Assembly: GCF_036365525.1 (NCBI RefSeq)
Contig: NW_027140807.1
Span: forward strand, 558,001-622,000
Length of the DNA stretch: 64,000 nt
Direction: 5' to 3'
Source of the DNA: Heterodontus francisci
Lineage: Eukaryota
Below the pieces are notes generated by a model. It saw nothing but the letters and a program-made list of their open reading frames with translations. It had not been told where the DNA came from and ran no database searches. Made by a program: the position numbers and the translations under genes. Positions within the stretch are counted from its first letter, which is position 1. Each line of letters starts with the position of its first letter. This document shows, piece after piece, positions 38,597 to 51,656 of the stretch.

Positions 38597-40398
38597 GGAG
38601 ACAGGGAGCGTGGGGGGGAAAATGTTACTTTGCACTTGGCACGATAGATGTGGGAGTTGTGCTAAAGTCACGATGGACATTCAGGCTCTCTCCTAGTTTC
38701 CTACAAACACCTGGGGGAAAGTAATTGTAAAATAGAACCTGGAAATCTACAAACTGGCATCTGGGTGCAAATATTTCAAAGTTGGACAGATATTAATGTC
38801 ACTTAATGCCCCCATAACGATCAGATTAAAGGCTCAATCTACCTTATATCAAATCATTGACTTTTTTCCATTGTCGGAATATTTTGTGTGAAATAGTTGA
38901 GAAGTGAAACATTTCAGAAGCAGCCAAGTTGACCTGTGGAGCTGTTGCGGGTCAAGCTCACTCTGTGTGAGCATGTTCTCGGCAGCGGCTGCAGTGGAGT
39001 AACACTGGCACCTAGTGGCTCCAGGTGTAACTGCAAGCACTGATTCTGCAGGCGTTTCAGTGTCAGACCCTGAACCTGTTTCAGTCATTAGTTATATTCT
39101 CCTACTTGACTCGTGTTGGCGCTTGTGGCACAGAACGAGATGGAAGCTAATGCACAGATCGGCGCCATTCGGCCCGACAGCTCTCTGCTTCACTCCAGCC
39201 TCAACCAGTCAAATGTATTTTGAAATGCAGTAACTGTTGTAATGCAGGGAAGGAGACAGACAAGCTGCAAGATCAAGTGCAGGGTTAATCAGAAAGAACA
39301 GGGAGTGGCAGTAATTGGACAGGGAAGATGAAAACCAGGGATCATAAATGTAAGGTAGTCCTTAATAAATCCAATTGGGAATTCAGGAGGAGGTTCTTTA
39401 ATCCAGGGAGCGGTGAGAATGTGGAATTAGCGACCAATGGAATGGGTTGAGGTCGAATAGAGACGAGGCAGTTTAGGGGGAGCTGAATAAATACATGAGT
39501 GAGAAAGTAATTGAAGAATCTGTTGATAGGGTAAGATGAAGAGAGATGGGAGGAGGTCGCTCTTTCGAACAGCGAGGCCAGTATCGATGGACTGAATACC
39601 CTGGATGTGTCCTGCATGATTCTATGATCCAATAAGAGCCGTCAACCTGCTGCCTTGTTTCAGGGTCAAGACAGTTTCATTTCCCCCCCTTGTGCTAAAC
39701 GGGAGTTAAAGGGTTAAGTTCTTCACCACACTGAACTGCAGTCAATGTGAAAATTCTTCAAAAGATACCGAAAGACTGAGAGACAAGTGTGTTAACAGTT
39801 TTGAACAGATGCTGAAGCCGCCGTCTGGAGGCAGGTGTTCCAGTCAGAGACGGATCTGGAGAGGTTTCTCGCCTTTGCACTGTATGAATCATCAGAGACA
39901 TGATTAAAGGTTCCAAGATCAACCATTTCCTATTTGTATGGACTTGTGTCCATTAGAGTAATGAGGGTAAGCGGAGATTTGAAAGACGTGGTCAGATGTG
40001 TCTTGATAGAGAAACTGTATCCAGAGGGTCGTATCTACTGTCAGGAGGGTCGATAAACCAGGAACCATGAATTGAAGGTAATTGGGAAAGGAACCAGAGT
40101 GGGAGATGAGTGGAATCTTTCTCCTCAGTGAATTGTTATCATGTGGAGGACACTGACTGAAAGGGCGGTGGAAGACCATCCAATAGTAACTTCCAGATGT
40201 CAATTGGAGAAGTAGATGTAGGGGAGATTTATTAGTGCAATGAAGAACTAGTCAGTGAATGGGAACTAGTTAGACAACTCTATCAAAGAGCCAGTTCATT
40301 CAACAGTAGACATAGAAACTGACAGATAGTCAGAGTGATACAATGACATCCCAGATAGACAGGTCTATCTCCCACAAGTGAGCTCTGTCAATGTTTAG

Positions 40399-41065
40399 AG
40401 TTTTTACTGAACTCCGGCGCCTTTCGGAGTCACTGTGCAGTCTCCAGGCACAGTAATACACGGCTGATTGATTCGCCAACAGGCTGGAGGACTCCAGGTA
40501 AAAATGGGTGTTGTCGGGTCTCCTGGCGGTGAAACCGTCCACCTCACCGGAGGGGGTGACCGTTCCGGCGGGGTAGGAATAGAAAAGGTTCTCGGGCTCA
40601 CGGTCCAGATGCCATTGGTACCAGTAGAAAACAGAGCTAGCTGTTGCTTCAGTGTAAATACACTCGATCCTGACGAGAGTGCCTGGGGAATGAGATATGG
40701 AAGTGGGAGTCTGTTGGATCAACACGGCCACCACATCTGTAAAACAGAGAGGGAGAGAGAGAGAGAAAGAGAGAGATAAAACCAGGGACAATGTCTATAT
40801 TGTTATCAACAAGAAGAGGTAGAAGTGGGCAGACAGAGAGAGAGAGAGAGCGGTGGGGACCAGTTAGAAATAGAGACAGAGATCAAGGCAGAGATAGAGA
40901 GAGAGAATGAGAGACAGAGAAAGAAATATAAAGGGAGAAGGAGAGAGACAAAGAGAGACAGAGACTGAGAAGCAGAGACACATGTACATCATTGGAACCT
41001 CACAGTTCAGACACCTCCTTACCCCTTAACACCAACAACACAACCCAGAGCTGAGACAAAGACAT
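40399..41065 (-). CDS. TRBV: TRBV gene V5 (CAWS family), potentially functional: leader 41023-41065, V exon 40438-40736, 23-RSS
   Basis: Open V domain ending YYCAWRL; CACAGTG-23bp-GTAAAAACT. Confidence 0.93.
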
Positions 41066-42254
41066 CTCTGGAGGGTGAAGGATCCGTGTGGTTTTAAATG
41101 AAATGACTGAGCACTTTTATTGTAGAGTATCTCAAAGTTCTCGGCACTGACTGAAATTCACAGCTTCCTTCTCCATCACTTTATCATTCAGATAGGCGGG
41201 ACCCAGTTTTCTTTCATTTCCGGGGAGGGACCAATGTTTGACGCCTGGTAATCGCGTTCTGGAATTGCAGTTCAGTGTCATTGACATCTGCAGCCCGATC
41301 ATTCGGGGCCCTGTCCAAATCTGTGCACACAGTATTCCAGGTGTGTTCTCACCAAGACCCAATGCAAGTGTAACACGACTTCCTTATTCTTGTTCTCCCA
41401 TCCCCCTTGCAACAAAGACCAACATGCCTGTAATTCAACAGAAGCACTTCATTGGCTGCAGAACTCCTTGGGAAGTTCCAGATCGGCTTTCCAACTTTCT
41501 CCCCTCTTTCAGATACTGATGTTGACTATATAGAATTGCAGACAATATAGAACACAGCATCAGGTGAACGGATCTATACAGGTGTTGATGTTCCACAGAT
41601 ACATCCTTTCATCCCTCTTTATCTCATCTTCTCAGCATCTCCTGTCAATCCTTTCTGCCTCGTATGTCTACTAGTTTCCCACTGAATACTATTTACCTCT
41701 ACCACTGCCTATGGTTGTGGGTTCCCCATTCTCACCAATCTCTGGGTAATGAAGTTTGTCCTGAATTTGGATTTTTACTGAGTATTTTATACCTTATAGA
41801 TCTGGTATTTGGCCTCAAGTGAAAATATCTTCTCTACGTCTATCCTATCAAACCTATTAATAATATTAAAGACTTCTTATCTGGGAACCCCTCATTTCTG
41901 GAGAAGGACCCCAGCCTGTTCGATCTTCACTGCTATGCATAATTATACCGTGATCTAAATGTGGTCTAACCAATGTATATAGACGCCAGAACTGTGCATA
42001 GTGCTCCAGTTGTGATCTAACCAATGTATAATGAGAACGGAACAGTGCACAGTTCTCCAAATGAAGTCTAACCAAGGTATGAGGAGACCTGAAATTTTCA
42101 CAGTGCACCCAGTGTGTTTTAACCAAGGAGGTTGGAGACCAAAAATGTGTACAGTCCAAGTGTGGAACCCAGGTACATGAAGATAAAACTGTGGATGAGG
42201 CCCTGCTTTTTGACTCCTTGGTAAAATTACGTGAGTTTGAGGTCTGTCTGTGTG

Positions 42255-43183
42255 TGATTCTTTGTCTAGACAGTGGATAGCTCTGAACTGCTTTGTCCCA
42301 TCAGTCACTGCTCATAAATACATCTCCACATTGACCTTACCTTGGAGAACCTACAGTGGACACCTCAAAGCACAGGAGAAGTAACACCAGAGGTGCCTCC
42401 GCATTATCCTCCAACTCCAGTGGCAAGACAGGTAGTCCAACAGCATCATCCTTTCCCAAACCAACCTGCCGAGTGTTAGGGCGCGAAACACCGAAAACCA
42501 GCTCCACTGGCTGGGACATGTCATTCACATTCCTACCACCAGACTCCCCAAAGCAGCTGTTCTACTCAGAACTTGGTCGTGGCAGGAGACTCCCAGGAGG
42601 ACAGTGGAAAGGCTTTAGAGATGTCCTCACAACATCCCTGGAGAGATGAAACATCCCCGTCGACTCCTTGGAGTCCCAGGCTCCTGATCATCCCAGACGG
42701 AGGAAGGACAAACGGGAAGGCATCGGACACCACGAGGAACTTCAGGAACATGCAGAGGTAAGGCCGAGGCATCGGAGGGAGCGCACAAACCTGCAAACTA
42801 CTCACCTGCCTGATCCTACAAGCACCACCTGCACCTCATGTGACAGAGTCTGCAGATCATACACTGGACTCATCAGCCATCTCAGAACCCATTGAACCGG
42901 AGTTGAAGAAAGTCAACCTCAACCCCGGGGAACTGCCTAAGAAGGTGAACTCTCTCCAGCTTCCGGGTTAATTTATTATTTTGCAATGTTCTGCAAAAGC
43001 GAACCCGCTCTTAAAACCTCAACATACTGAGTTTCACCTCATCAATGAACAGACCTGATTAATGCAGCCCCTCCACTGGCGGGTTGTGGATATCACAACA
43101 TGTCAGTGTGAAGCCTTCTGTTCTGAAAACTGTCTCTCACTTGATCACATGAAGTGAGCACCAGATCTCACGTTATTCCACCT
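42255..43183 (-). pseudogene. TRBV: Duplicate of the decayed V2-family pseudogene with the same RTE insertion
   Basis: Paralogous to 37669-38596 at ~4.59 kb offset. Confidence 0.75.
42338..42944 (+). mobile_element. RTE-clade LINE 3' fragment (duplicate)
   Basis: ORF ending CTSCDRVCRSYTGLISHLRTH; (AAG) tail. Confidence 0.78.
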
Positions 43184-44983
43184 GGAAACAGGGAGCATGT
43201 GGGAAAAATGTTACTTTACACTTGGCACGATAGATGTGGGAGTTGTGCTAAAGTCACGATGGAAATTCAGGCTCTCTCCTAGTTTCCTACAAACACCTGG
43301 GACAATGTAATTGTAAAATGGAACCTGGAAATCTACAAATTGGCATTTGGGCGCAAATATTCCAAGGTTGGAATGATATAAATGTCACTTAATGCCCCCA
43401 AAACGATCAGACTAAAAGCTCATCTATCTCATCTATCATTGAGTTTTTTTTTTTCATTGCCGGAATATTTTGTGTGAAATAGTTGAGAAGTGAAACATTT
43501 CAGAAGCAGCCAAGTTGACCTGTGGAGCTGCTGTGGGGAAGCTTACTCTGTGTGAGCATGTTCTTGGCAGCGGCAACAGTGGAGTAACACTGGCACCTAG
43601 TGGCTCCAGGTGCAACTGCAAGCACTGATTCTGCAGGCCTTTCAGTGTCAGAAGCTGAACCTGTTTCTGTCATCAGTTATATTCTCCTACTCGACTCGTG
43701 TTGGCGCTTGTGGCACAGAACTAGATGGAAGTTAATGCACAGATCGGCGCATTTCGGCCCCACAGCTCTCTGCTTCACTCCAGCCTCAACCAGTCAAATA
43801 CATTTTGAAGTGCAGTCACTGTTGTAATGCAGGGAAGGAGGCAGACAAGCTGCAAGATCAAGTGCAGGGTTATTCAGAAAGAACAGGGAGTGGGAGTAAT
43901 TGGACAGGGAAGTGAATACCAGGGATCATAATTGTAAGATAGTCCTTTATAAAACCAATTGGAAATTCAGGAGGAGGTTCTTTAACCCAGGGAGCGGTGA
44001 GAATGTGGAATTACAGACCAAATGGAATGGGTTGAGGTCGAATAGAGACGATGCAGTTAAGGGGGGAGCTGAATAAATACATGAGTGAGAAAGGAATAGA
44101 AGAATCTGTTGATAGGGGAAGATGAAGAGAGATGGGAGCAGGTCGCTCTTTCAAACAGCTAGGCCAGGATCGATGGGCTGAATGGCCTGGATTTGTCCCT
44201 CATGATTCTATGATCCAATAAGACCCGTCAACCTGCTGCCTTGTTTCAGGGCCAAGACAGTTTCATTTCCCCCCTTCTGCTAAACGGGAGTTATAGGGTT
44301 AAGTTCTTCACCGCACTGAACTGCAGTCATTGTCAAAATTCTTCAAAAGACACCGACAGACTGAGAGACAAGTGGATTAACAGTTTTGAACAGATGCTGA
44401 AGCCGCCGTCTGGAGGCAGGTGTTCCAGTCAGAGACGGATCTGGAGAGGTTTCTCGCCTTTGCACTGTATGAATCATCAGAGACATGATTGAAGGTTCCA
44501 AGATCAACCATTTCCAATTTGTATGGACTTGTGTCCATTAGAGTAATGAGGGTAAGGGGAGATTTGAAAGACGTGGTCAGAAGTGTCTTGATAGAGAAAC
44601 TGTATCCAGAGGGTGGTATCGACAGTCAGGAGGGTCGATAAACCAGGGACCAAGAATTGAAGGTAATTGGGAAAGGAACCAGAGTGGGAGATGAGTGGAA
44701 TCTTTCTCCTCAGTGAATTGTTATCATGTTGAGGGCACTGACTGAAAGGGCGGTGGAAGACCATCCAATAGTAACTTCCAGATGTCAATTGGAGAAGTAG
44801 ATGAAGGGAAGATTTATTAGTGCAATGGAGAACTAGTCAGTGAATGGGAACTAGTTAGACAACTCTGTCAAAGAGCCAGTTCATTCAACAGTAGACATAG
44901 AAACTGACAGATAGTCAGAGTGATAGAATGACAGCCCAGATAAACAGGTCTATCTCCCACAAGTGAGCTCTGTCAATGTTTAG

Positions 44984-45545
44984 AGTTTTTGCTGAAGTCC
45001 GGCGCCTTTCTGAGTCACTGTGCAGACTACAGGCACAGTAATACACGGCTGATTGATTCTCCCACAGGCTGGAGGACTCCAGGTAAAAATGGGTGTTGTC
45101 GGGTCTCCTGGCGGTGAAACCGTCCACCTCTCCAGAGGGGTTGACCGTTCTAGCAGCATAGGAGTAGAAAAGGTTCTCGGGCTCACGGTCCAGATGCCAT
45201 TGGTACCAGTAGAAAACAGAGCTAGCTGTTGCTTCAGTGTAAATACACTCGATCCTGACTGGAGAGCCTGGGGAATGGGATATGGAAGCGGGAGTCTGTT
45301 GGATCAACACGGCCCCCACATCTGCAAAACAGAGAGGGAGAGAGAGAGAGAAAGAGAGAGATTAACCCAGGGACAATGTCTATATCGTTATCAACAGAGA
45401 AAGAAATACAGAGGGAGAAGGAGAGAGACAAAGACAGACAGAGACTGAGAATCCGAGACACATCTACATCATTGTAACCTCACAGTTCAGACACCTCCTT
45501 ACCCGTTAACACCAACAACACAACCCAGAGCTGAGACACAGCCAT
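44984..45545 (-). CDS. TRBV: TRBV gene V6 (CAWS family, ends CACSL), potentially functional: leader 45503-45545, V exon 45023-45321, 23-RSS
   Basis: Open V domain; CACAGTG-23bp-GCAAAAACT. Confidence 0.93.
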
Positions 45546-47054
45546 CTCTGGAGGGTGAAGGATCCGTGTGGTTTTAAATGAAATGACTGAGCACTTTTAT
45601 TGTAGAGTATCTCAAAGTTCTGGGAACTGACTGGAATTTACAGCTTCCGTCTCCATCATCTTCAACATTTTCCTAGGCGGAGCCAAGCTTTCTTTCTTTG
45701 TTCATGGGCTCCCCGAGGACTCGTCATTTCTGGGGAGGGACCAATGTTTGAGCCCCAGCTCATCGGTTTCTGGGCCTGCAGTTCTGTTTCATGTCTTTGA
45801 AAGTTGCAGAAAGGAAGGGAGTAAATGTGATGTAAACTATCTTCTGTGGTGGAGAGGTGATTAAATGGGCGGGTGTGTTGGTATCATCAATACCTTCAGT
45901 ACTCCCCTGATCATAACCACATTCATCCTGACACCATCCTCACACTCATCATTACCATCTGAGGACACATTACCACCCTCCTCCCGACCGCCATTTTCTG
46001 TGTCAGCCTCACCCTCAGCAGCCTCATAACCATGAAAAGATGCTCACTCCACCATCATTATCAAGCTTGTTCACTTCCAATTGTATCTGAATGTATTCAG
46101 TGATGGGATGTGTGCATTGCTGGGAGGGTCATTTCAGAAAAGCTGAGATGTTACAAGAGTAAATGTTCACTATCTTTCTTAAATATCCATCAGGACTCGG
46201 TAACAATGGAAGTGTTAAAGGTTAGACCAAGAGTGGGGGTGACAACTTAACTATTCCATAGATGCATTTTACATGAAGTGGGAAGATCATGGATGAAATG
46301 GGAAACATTTCAATGTTTTTTGGATTGAATGAGCAGTGGTGTGGTCCATCATCGCACCCCTAACCTTCTGGATTGGGCTCTGGGACTTTTGGTAACCTTG
46401 TCTTTTCCAATGAACAGCTTCTCCCACATCTCCACATAGCTGAAACCCCTCATGCCCGGTCACCTCCTTCTAAATCTCCTTTGCACCCTCTCCATCCTCC
46501 CGGCAATGTCATGTAAAGAAGTGGACACGCTACACCAGTTGAGGCCAAACCAGGCTTTTACTAAAGGGTTTAGCATCAATTTATTGCGTTTGTGTTGCAT
46601 TCAAAATTGTGTGCGTTAATTCTGCTTAATCAGAAAAAATAGTATGAAACATGCATTTCAGTCCGAAATTTTTGGTCGGTGGATTTGTTTTGACTTACCT
46701 GCAGTTTGTTGGCAAAGAAAGAACAAAGAAAAAAGAAAATTACAGCACAGGAACAGGCCCTTCGGCCCTCCAAGCCTGCGCCGATCCAGATCCTCTACCT
46801 AAACATGTCGCCTATTTTCTAAGGGTCTGTATCTCTTTGCTTCCTGCCCATTCATGTATCTGTCTAGATACATCTTAAAAGACGCTATCGTGTTCGCATC
46901 TACCACCTCCGCTGGCAACGCGTTCCAGGCACTGAAGTGTCAGCCTTTTTATTGGCTCCAGTCTGTGGAGTGGCATCTTCTAACTCAGAGAGGAGAGTTT
47001 TACCCACTCAGATAGCACGTTGAGTCTTGAGTACCTCATCTCCTGATTCTACAA

Positions 47055-47590
47055 AGCTTTTCCACCATCTCCAAGGCACAAGTCAGAAGTGTGATGGAAT
47101 GCTCTCCACTTACCGGGATGAGTGCAGCTCCAACAACACTCAAGAAGCTCGACACCATCCAGAACAAAACAGCCCGCTTGATTGGCCCCCCATCTACAAA
47201 CATTCACTCCCTCCACCACCGACACACAGTGGCAGCAGTGTGTACCATCTACAAGATGCACTGCAGCAACTCCCAAAGGCTCCTTCGCCAACACCTTCCA
47301 AACCCTCGACCTCTACCACCGAGAAGGACAAGGACAGCAGATGCATGGGAACACCACCACCTGCAAGTTCCCCTTCAAGTCACACACCATCCTCACTTGG
47401 AACTATATCGCCGTTCCTTCACTGTCGCTGGGTCAAAATCCTGGAACTCTCTTCCTTACGGGACTGTGGTTGTAACTACCCGACATGGACTGCAGTGGTT
47501 CAAGAAGGCAGCTCACCACCACCTTCTCAAGGGCAATTTAGGATGGATAGCAGATGCTGGCCCGGTCAGCGATGCACACATCCCATCAAA
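47055..47590 (+). mobile_element. LINE 3' fragment (CR1/L2-clade)
   Basis: ORF MECSPLTGMSAAPTTLKKLDTIQNKTARLI...SKSWNSLP...FKKAAHHHLL. Confidence 0.85.
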
Positions 47591-47988
47591 TAATTTTTTA
47601 AAATATGTAAATGACAGAAACTGTTTCTATAGGCAGAAGGCAACCCAGAGACATTGATTAAATATAACTGGCAGATGAATTAATGGGGAGAGGGGGGGAG
47701 AAGTGATGATTTATTTAAGCAGCGAGTTGTTATGATGTGGCGAGCACTGTCTGAAAGGGTGTTGGAAGCAGTTTGAACAAGAACGTTCAAAAGGGAATGG
47801 ATTGTACACGTGAATGGAAACAATGTGCATGGCTATGGGGAAGTAGCGGGGGGGGGGGGTGGGGGGAAGAGCAATAACTGGACAGTTCTTTCAAATAAGC
47901 CAGTACGGGGAAGATGGGCCGAATGGTCTCCTTCTCTGCTGTTAACCAAGATGATTCCATGACCTGGTTGCAGAAATTGAGCAGTCAG

Positions 47989-48836
47989 TCTACTGCTGCC
48001 CCCTGCCGGTCGAAGATAAGCACAGAGATTCAATCCACTGCTGCCCCCTGCCGGTGGATGATGAGCACTGAGATTCAATCCACTGCTGCCCCCTGCTGGT
48101 GGAAGATGAGCACTGAGATTCAATCTACTGCTGCCCCCTGCCGGTGGAAGATCAGCACCGAGATTCAATCCACTGCTGCCCCCTGCCGGTGGATGGTGAG
48201 CACTGAATTCAATCTACTGCTGCCCCCTGCCGGTGGAAGATGAGCACTGAGATTCAATCCACTGCTGCCCCCTGTCAGTGGAAGATGAGCACTGAGATTC
48301 AATCTACTGCTGCCCCCTGCCGGTGGAAGATGAGCACTGAGATTCAATCTACTGCTGCCCCCTGCCGGTGGAAGATGAGCACTGAGATTCAATCCACTGC
48401 TGCCCCCTGCCAGTGGAAGATGAGCACTGAGATTCAATCTACTGCTGCCCCCTCCCGGTGGAAGATGAGCGCAGAGATTCAATCTACTGCTGCCCCCTGC
48501 TGGGGGAAGATGAGCACTGAGATTCAATCTACTGCTGCCCCCTGCCGGTGGAAGATGAGCACTGAGATTCAATCCACTGCTGCCCCCTGCCAGTGGAAGA
48601 TGAGCACTGAGATTCAATCCACTGCTGCCCCCTGCCGGTGGAAGATGAGCACTGAGATTCAATCTACTGCTGCCCCCTGCCGGGGGAAGATGAGCATTGA
48701 GATTTAATCTACTGCTGCCTCCTGCCGGTGGAGGATGAGCACTGAGATTTAATCTACTGCTGCCCCCTGCCGGTGGATGATGAGCACTGAGATTTAATCT
48801 ACTGCTGCCCCCTGCCGGTGGAAGATGAGCACTGAA
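47989..48836 (-). repeat. 19 x 45-bp tandem array, each unit carrying a CTCF-consensus motif (minus strand CCACCGGCAGGGGGCAGCA), directly downstream of the V7 RSS
   Basis: Unit TCTACTGCTGCCCCCTGCCGGTGGAAGATGAGCACTGAGATTCAA counted 19 times; repeat is certain, CTCF call is by motif match. Confidence 0.9.
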
Positions 48837-48855
48837 CTCCCGTTCATCCGCTGCA

Positions 48856-49726
48856 GGTTTTTGCAGCTGCGGATCCGCTTTCTCAAACACTGTGCGATAC
48901 TGCAAGCGCAGAAATAGACAGCGGTGTGAGATGGAGCGGCGTCTCTCAGTGCCAAAGTAAACAGTGTATCGCTGGCTCTGTCTGCCTTAAATGACTCGGA
49001 CGTGTAATTGGTAACAGACCCTTCTGTAGCAGAATAGAACAGAGCTTCCAGTGCCCTGTCTGGATGTTGTCTGTACAAGTACATATAGGAATTGGCAGTA
49101 TTGGTCAGCGTGCATCTGAGTGTTGTCGACTCTCCTGCCGCAATCGATAGGATAGAGGGTGACTGTTCCACATAGGAGGAGAGTATTCCTGTGGAATGGA
49201 ACATCGATTAGATTATTATTTCAGTCAATAATGGATTGGAGCAGGAGCTGCATTGCAAGAAAGAAAGGGCTTACATTAATATAGCGCCGTTCAGGACCTC
49301 AGGGCATCAGAAAGTGCTTTGCAACAAATGCAGTTACTCCGTCAGTACTGCCTATTCGACAGTGCAGCACTCCCTCAGTACTGCCTCTGCGACTGTGCAG
49401 CAGTCCCTCAGTACTGCCTCTGCGACAGTGCAGAACTCACTCAGTACTGCCTCTGCGACAGTGCAGCACTCCCTCAGTACTGCCTCTGTGACAGTGCAGC
49501 ACTCCCTCAGTACTGCCTCTGCGACAGTGCAGCACTCCCTCAGTCCTGACATGTGGTTTGTCAGCCTTGACTTTGAGCTGAAGTGCTCTGGAGTGAGACT
49601 CTGACACAGGAGTGTTCCGGACAGAATCACCGCTGACATTGCAATACATTATTCTACAGTTTCAGACTTTGACTGACGTGGGAAGAATGCAGCCATCAAG
49701 ATTAGACAGAGAACTTCAAGCAACAT
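48856..49726 (-). CDS. TRBV: TRBV gene V7 (CACS family), open frame but conserved Trp replaced by Leu: leader 49678-49726, V exon 48895-49188, 23-RSS
   Basis: YMYLYRQ versus LMYWYRQ in paralogs; ends YFCACSI; CACAGTG-23bp-GCAAAAACC. Confidence 0.9.
49330..49545. repeat. 33-bp minisatellite in V7 intron (also 54985-55195 and 57185-57362)
   Basis: CACTCCCTCAGTACTGCCTCTGCGACAGTGCAG tandem units. Confidence 0.9.
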
Positions 49727-51221
49727 GATTTCTTCATTCGATACTAACTCGATGTGTGAACGTGTGGAGTTTTCAACAACACACTTGCAGGCGGTTTCTA
49801 TATTGTATCCAATTAAATACCCAGCATCCGGTTGTCATTGTGATTGGCAGTCACTTACTGCGACACTCTGCTCCACCCCACTACTTTGCATAGCAATGTT
49901 GTAGAATGATACAACACAGGAGGATAGGGGGAGATTGAATAGAGATGTTCACATTTCAGAAAGGGATTTGATAGAGTAGAATTCAGGGAAGCAACCCTCT
50001 ATACCCAGAGAGTGTGCCCATCCCTTATTGCCCCTGAGAAGGTGGTGGTGAACCATCTTCGGGAATACCTGCTGGGCCATGTCAGAGGGCAGTTAACAGT
50101 CAACCACATTGCTGTGGGTCTGCAGTCACATATAGGCCAGACCGGGTAGGAATGGCGGATTTCCTTCCCTGAAGGTAATCAATGAAGACGTTGGGTTTTT
50201 AAGACACTCCATGTTCAGGATTACTCATACTTTCCATGACAGATTTTTATTTATTTAATTAATTGAATTTAAATTGCATTTCTGCCAGTGTGGGAATTGA
50301 ACTCAAGTCTGGGGATCATTAGTCCAGGCCTCTGGATTACTAGCCCAGTAACATAACTGCTCTGCTGCCGAACCTCCATGGTGAATGGGAGTTAAAGGGT
50401 TAAATTGTTCACTTGTCTGAACTGCTAGTTTCTTTGAAGAACACATCAAATGTGACTCGAGTCTGAGGTGAAAGTGGGTAAAGAGTTTTCAGCAGCTTCT
50501 GAACTCGCTGTCAGGAGGCAGGTGTCCCAGAGATGAAGTTATCTGGAGAGGGGTCTCACTTTGAACAGTGTGAAACAGCGCTCAGATGGTTAATGGTTCT
50601 GCGCTGAGTTAGTCCCTGTGCATTGGGGGGTTGTTCGCGTCTGTGTAGTGAAGGCTAGAGGGAGATTAACCAGACTGGTATCAGGGATGAGGGACTTCAG
50701 TTACTGTGGAGAGACTGGAGAAGCTGGGGGTTTCTGCCCTTAGAGCAGAGAAGGTTAATTAGATGTGATACAGATATTGAAGATCATAGAGGATTTTGAT
50801 AGATAATTGATGATAAACCACATCTTCTACTGGTCAATATATAGAAAATCTATGAAAAGATGGTCATTCATTACATTACTGCAGTATGTTTAATTAGTTC
50901 ATACAAAGTGTAATTACCTAAAGATAGATTTAGATAGATAGAGAGACAGAGAGATAGATAACCAGGTAAAGAGATAGATAGATAGAGAGACAGAGAGATA
51001 AACAATCAGGTGGACAGATAGATATGAACAGAAAGCTTCAATCTACTGCTGCCCCCTGCCAGTTGAAGTTGAGCACTGAACTCCCGTTCATCCGCTGCAG
51101 GTTTTTGCAGCTGCTGATCCGCTTTCTCAAACACTGTGCGATACTACAAGCGCAGAAATAGACAGCGGTGTGAGATGGAGCTGCGTCTCTCAGTGCCAAA
51201 GTAAACGAGAGAGACTCACGG

Positions 51222-51656
51222 TTGGTGTGTTGCCTCCCAGGTGCCAGGGTACGTGATGTCTCCGATCGTGTTTTTGGGATCCTTAAGGGGGAGGGGGAGC
51301 ACCCCCAAGTCGTGGTCCACATAGGCACCAACGACATAGGTCGGAAGAGAGATGGGGATTTAAGGCAGAAATTCAGGGAGCTAGGGTGGAAGCTTAGAGC
51401 GAGAACAACCAGAGTTGTTATCTCTGGGTTGTTGCCTGTGCCACGTGCTAGCGAAGAGAGGAATAGGGAGAGAGAGGAGTTGAACACGTGGCTGCAGGGA
51501 TGGTGTAGGAGGGAGGGTTTTGGTTTCCTGGATAATTGGGGCTCTTTCTGGGGTAGGTGGGACCTCTACAAACAGGATGGTCTTCACCTGAACCAGAGGG
51601 GTACCAATATCCTGGGGGGGAGATTTGTTAGTGCTCTTCGGGGGGGTTTAAACTAA
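51222..51656 (+). CDS. CR1 ORF1 C-terminal SGNH/GDSL-like esterase domain (5' truncated)
   Basis: CLPGA, HIGTND, DGLHLN motifs. Confidence 0.88.
   Translation: MVCCLPGARVRDVSDRVFGILKGEGEHPQVVVHIGTNDIGRKRDGDLRQKFRELGWKLRARTTRVVISGLLPVPRASEERNREREELNTWLQGWCRREGFGFLDNWGSFWGRWDLYKQDGLHLNQRGTNILGGRFVSALRGGLN

Larger units (their letters stand above)
35800..45790. repeat. Tandem segmental duplication of a ~4.6 kb V-containing unit (V4, V5, V6)
   Basis: V exon starts at 36181, 40736, 45321 (offsets 4555, 4585); intervening sequence and spurious ORFs near-identical. Confidence 0.92.

Noticed and set aside
47833-48905. Repetitive ORFs (PPAGGSSRLNLSAH / STEIQSTAAPCRWK)
   Set aside because: Product of a 45-bp unit divisible by three; no splice or promoter support
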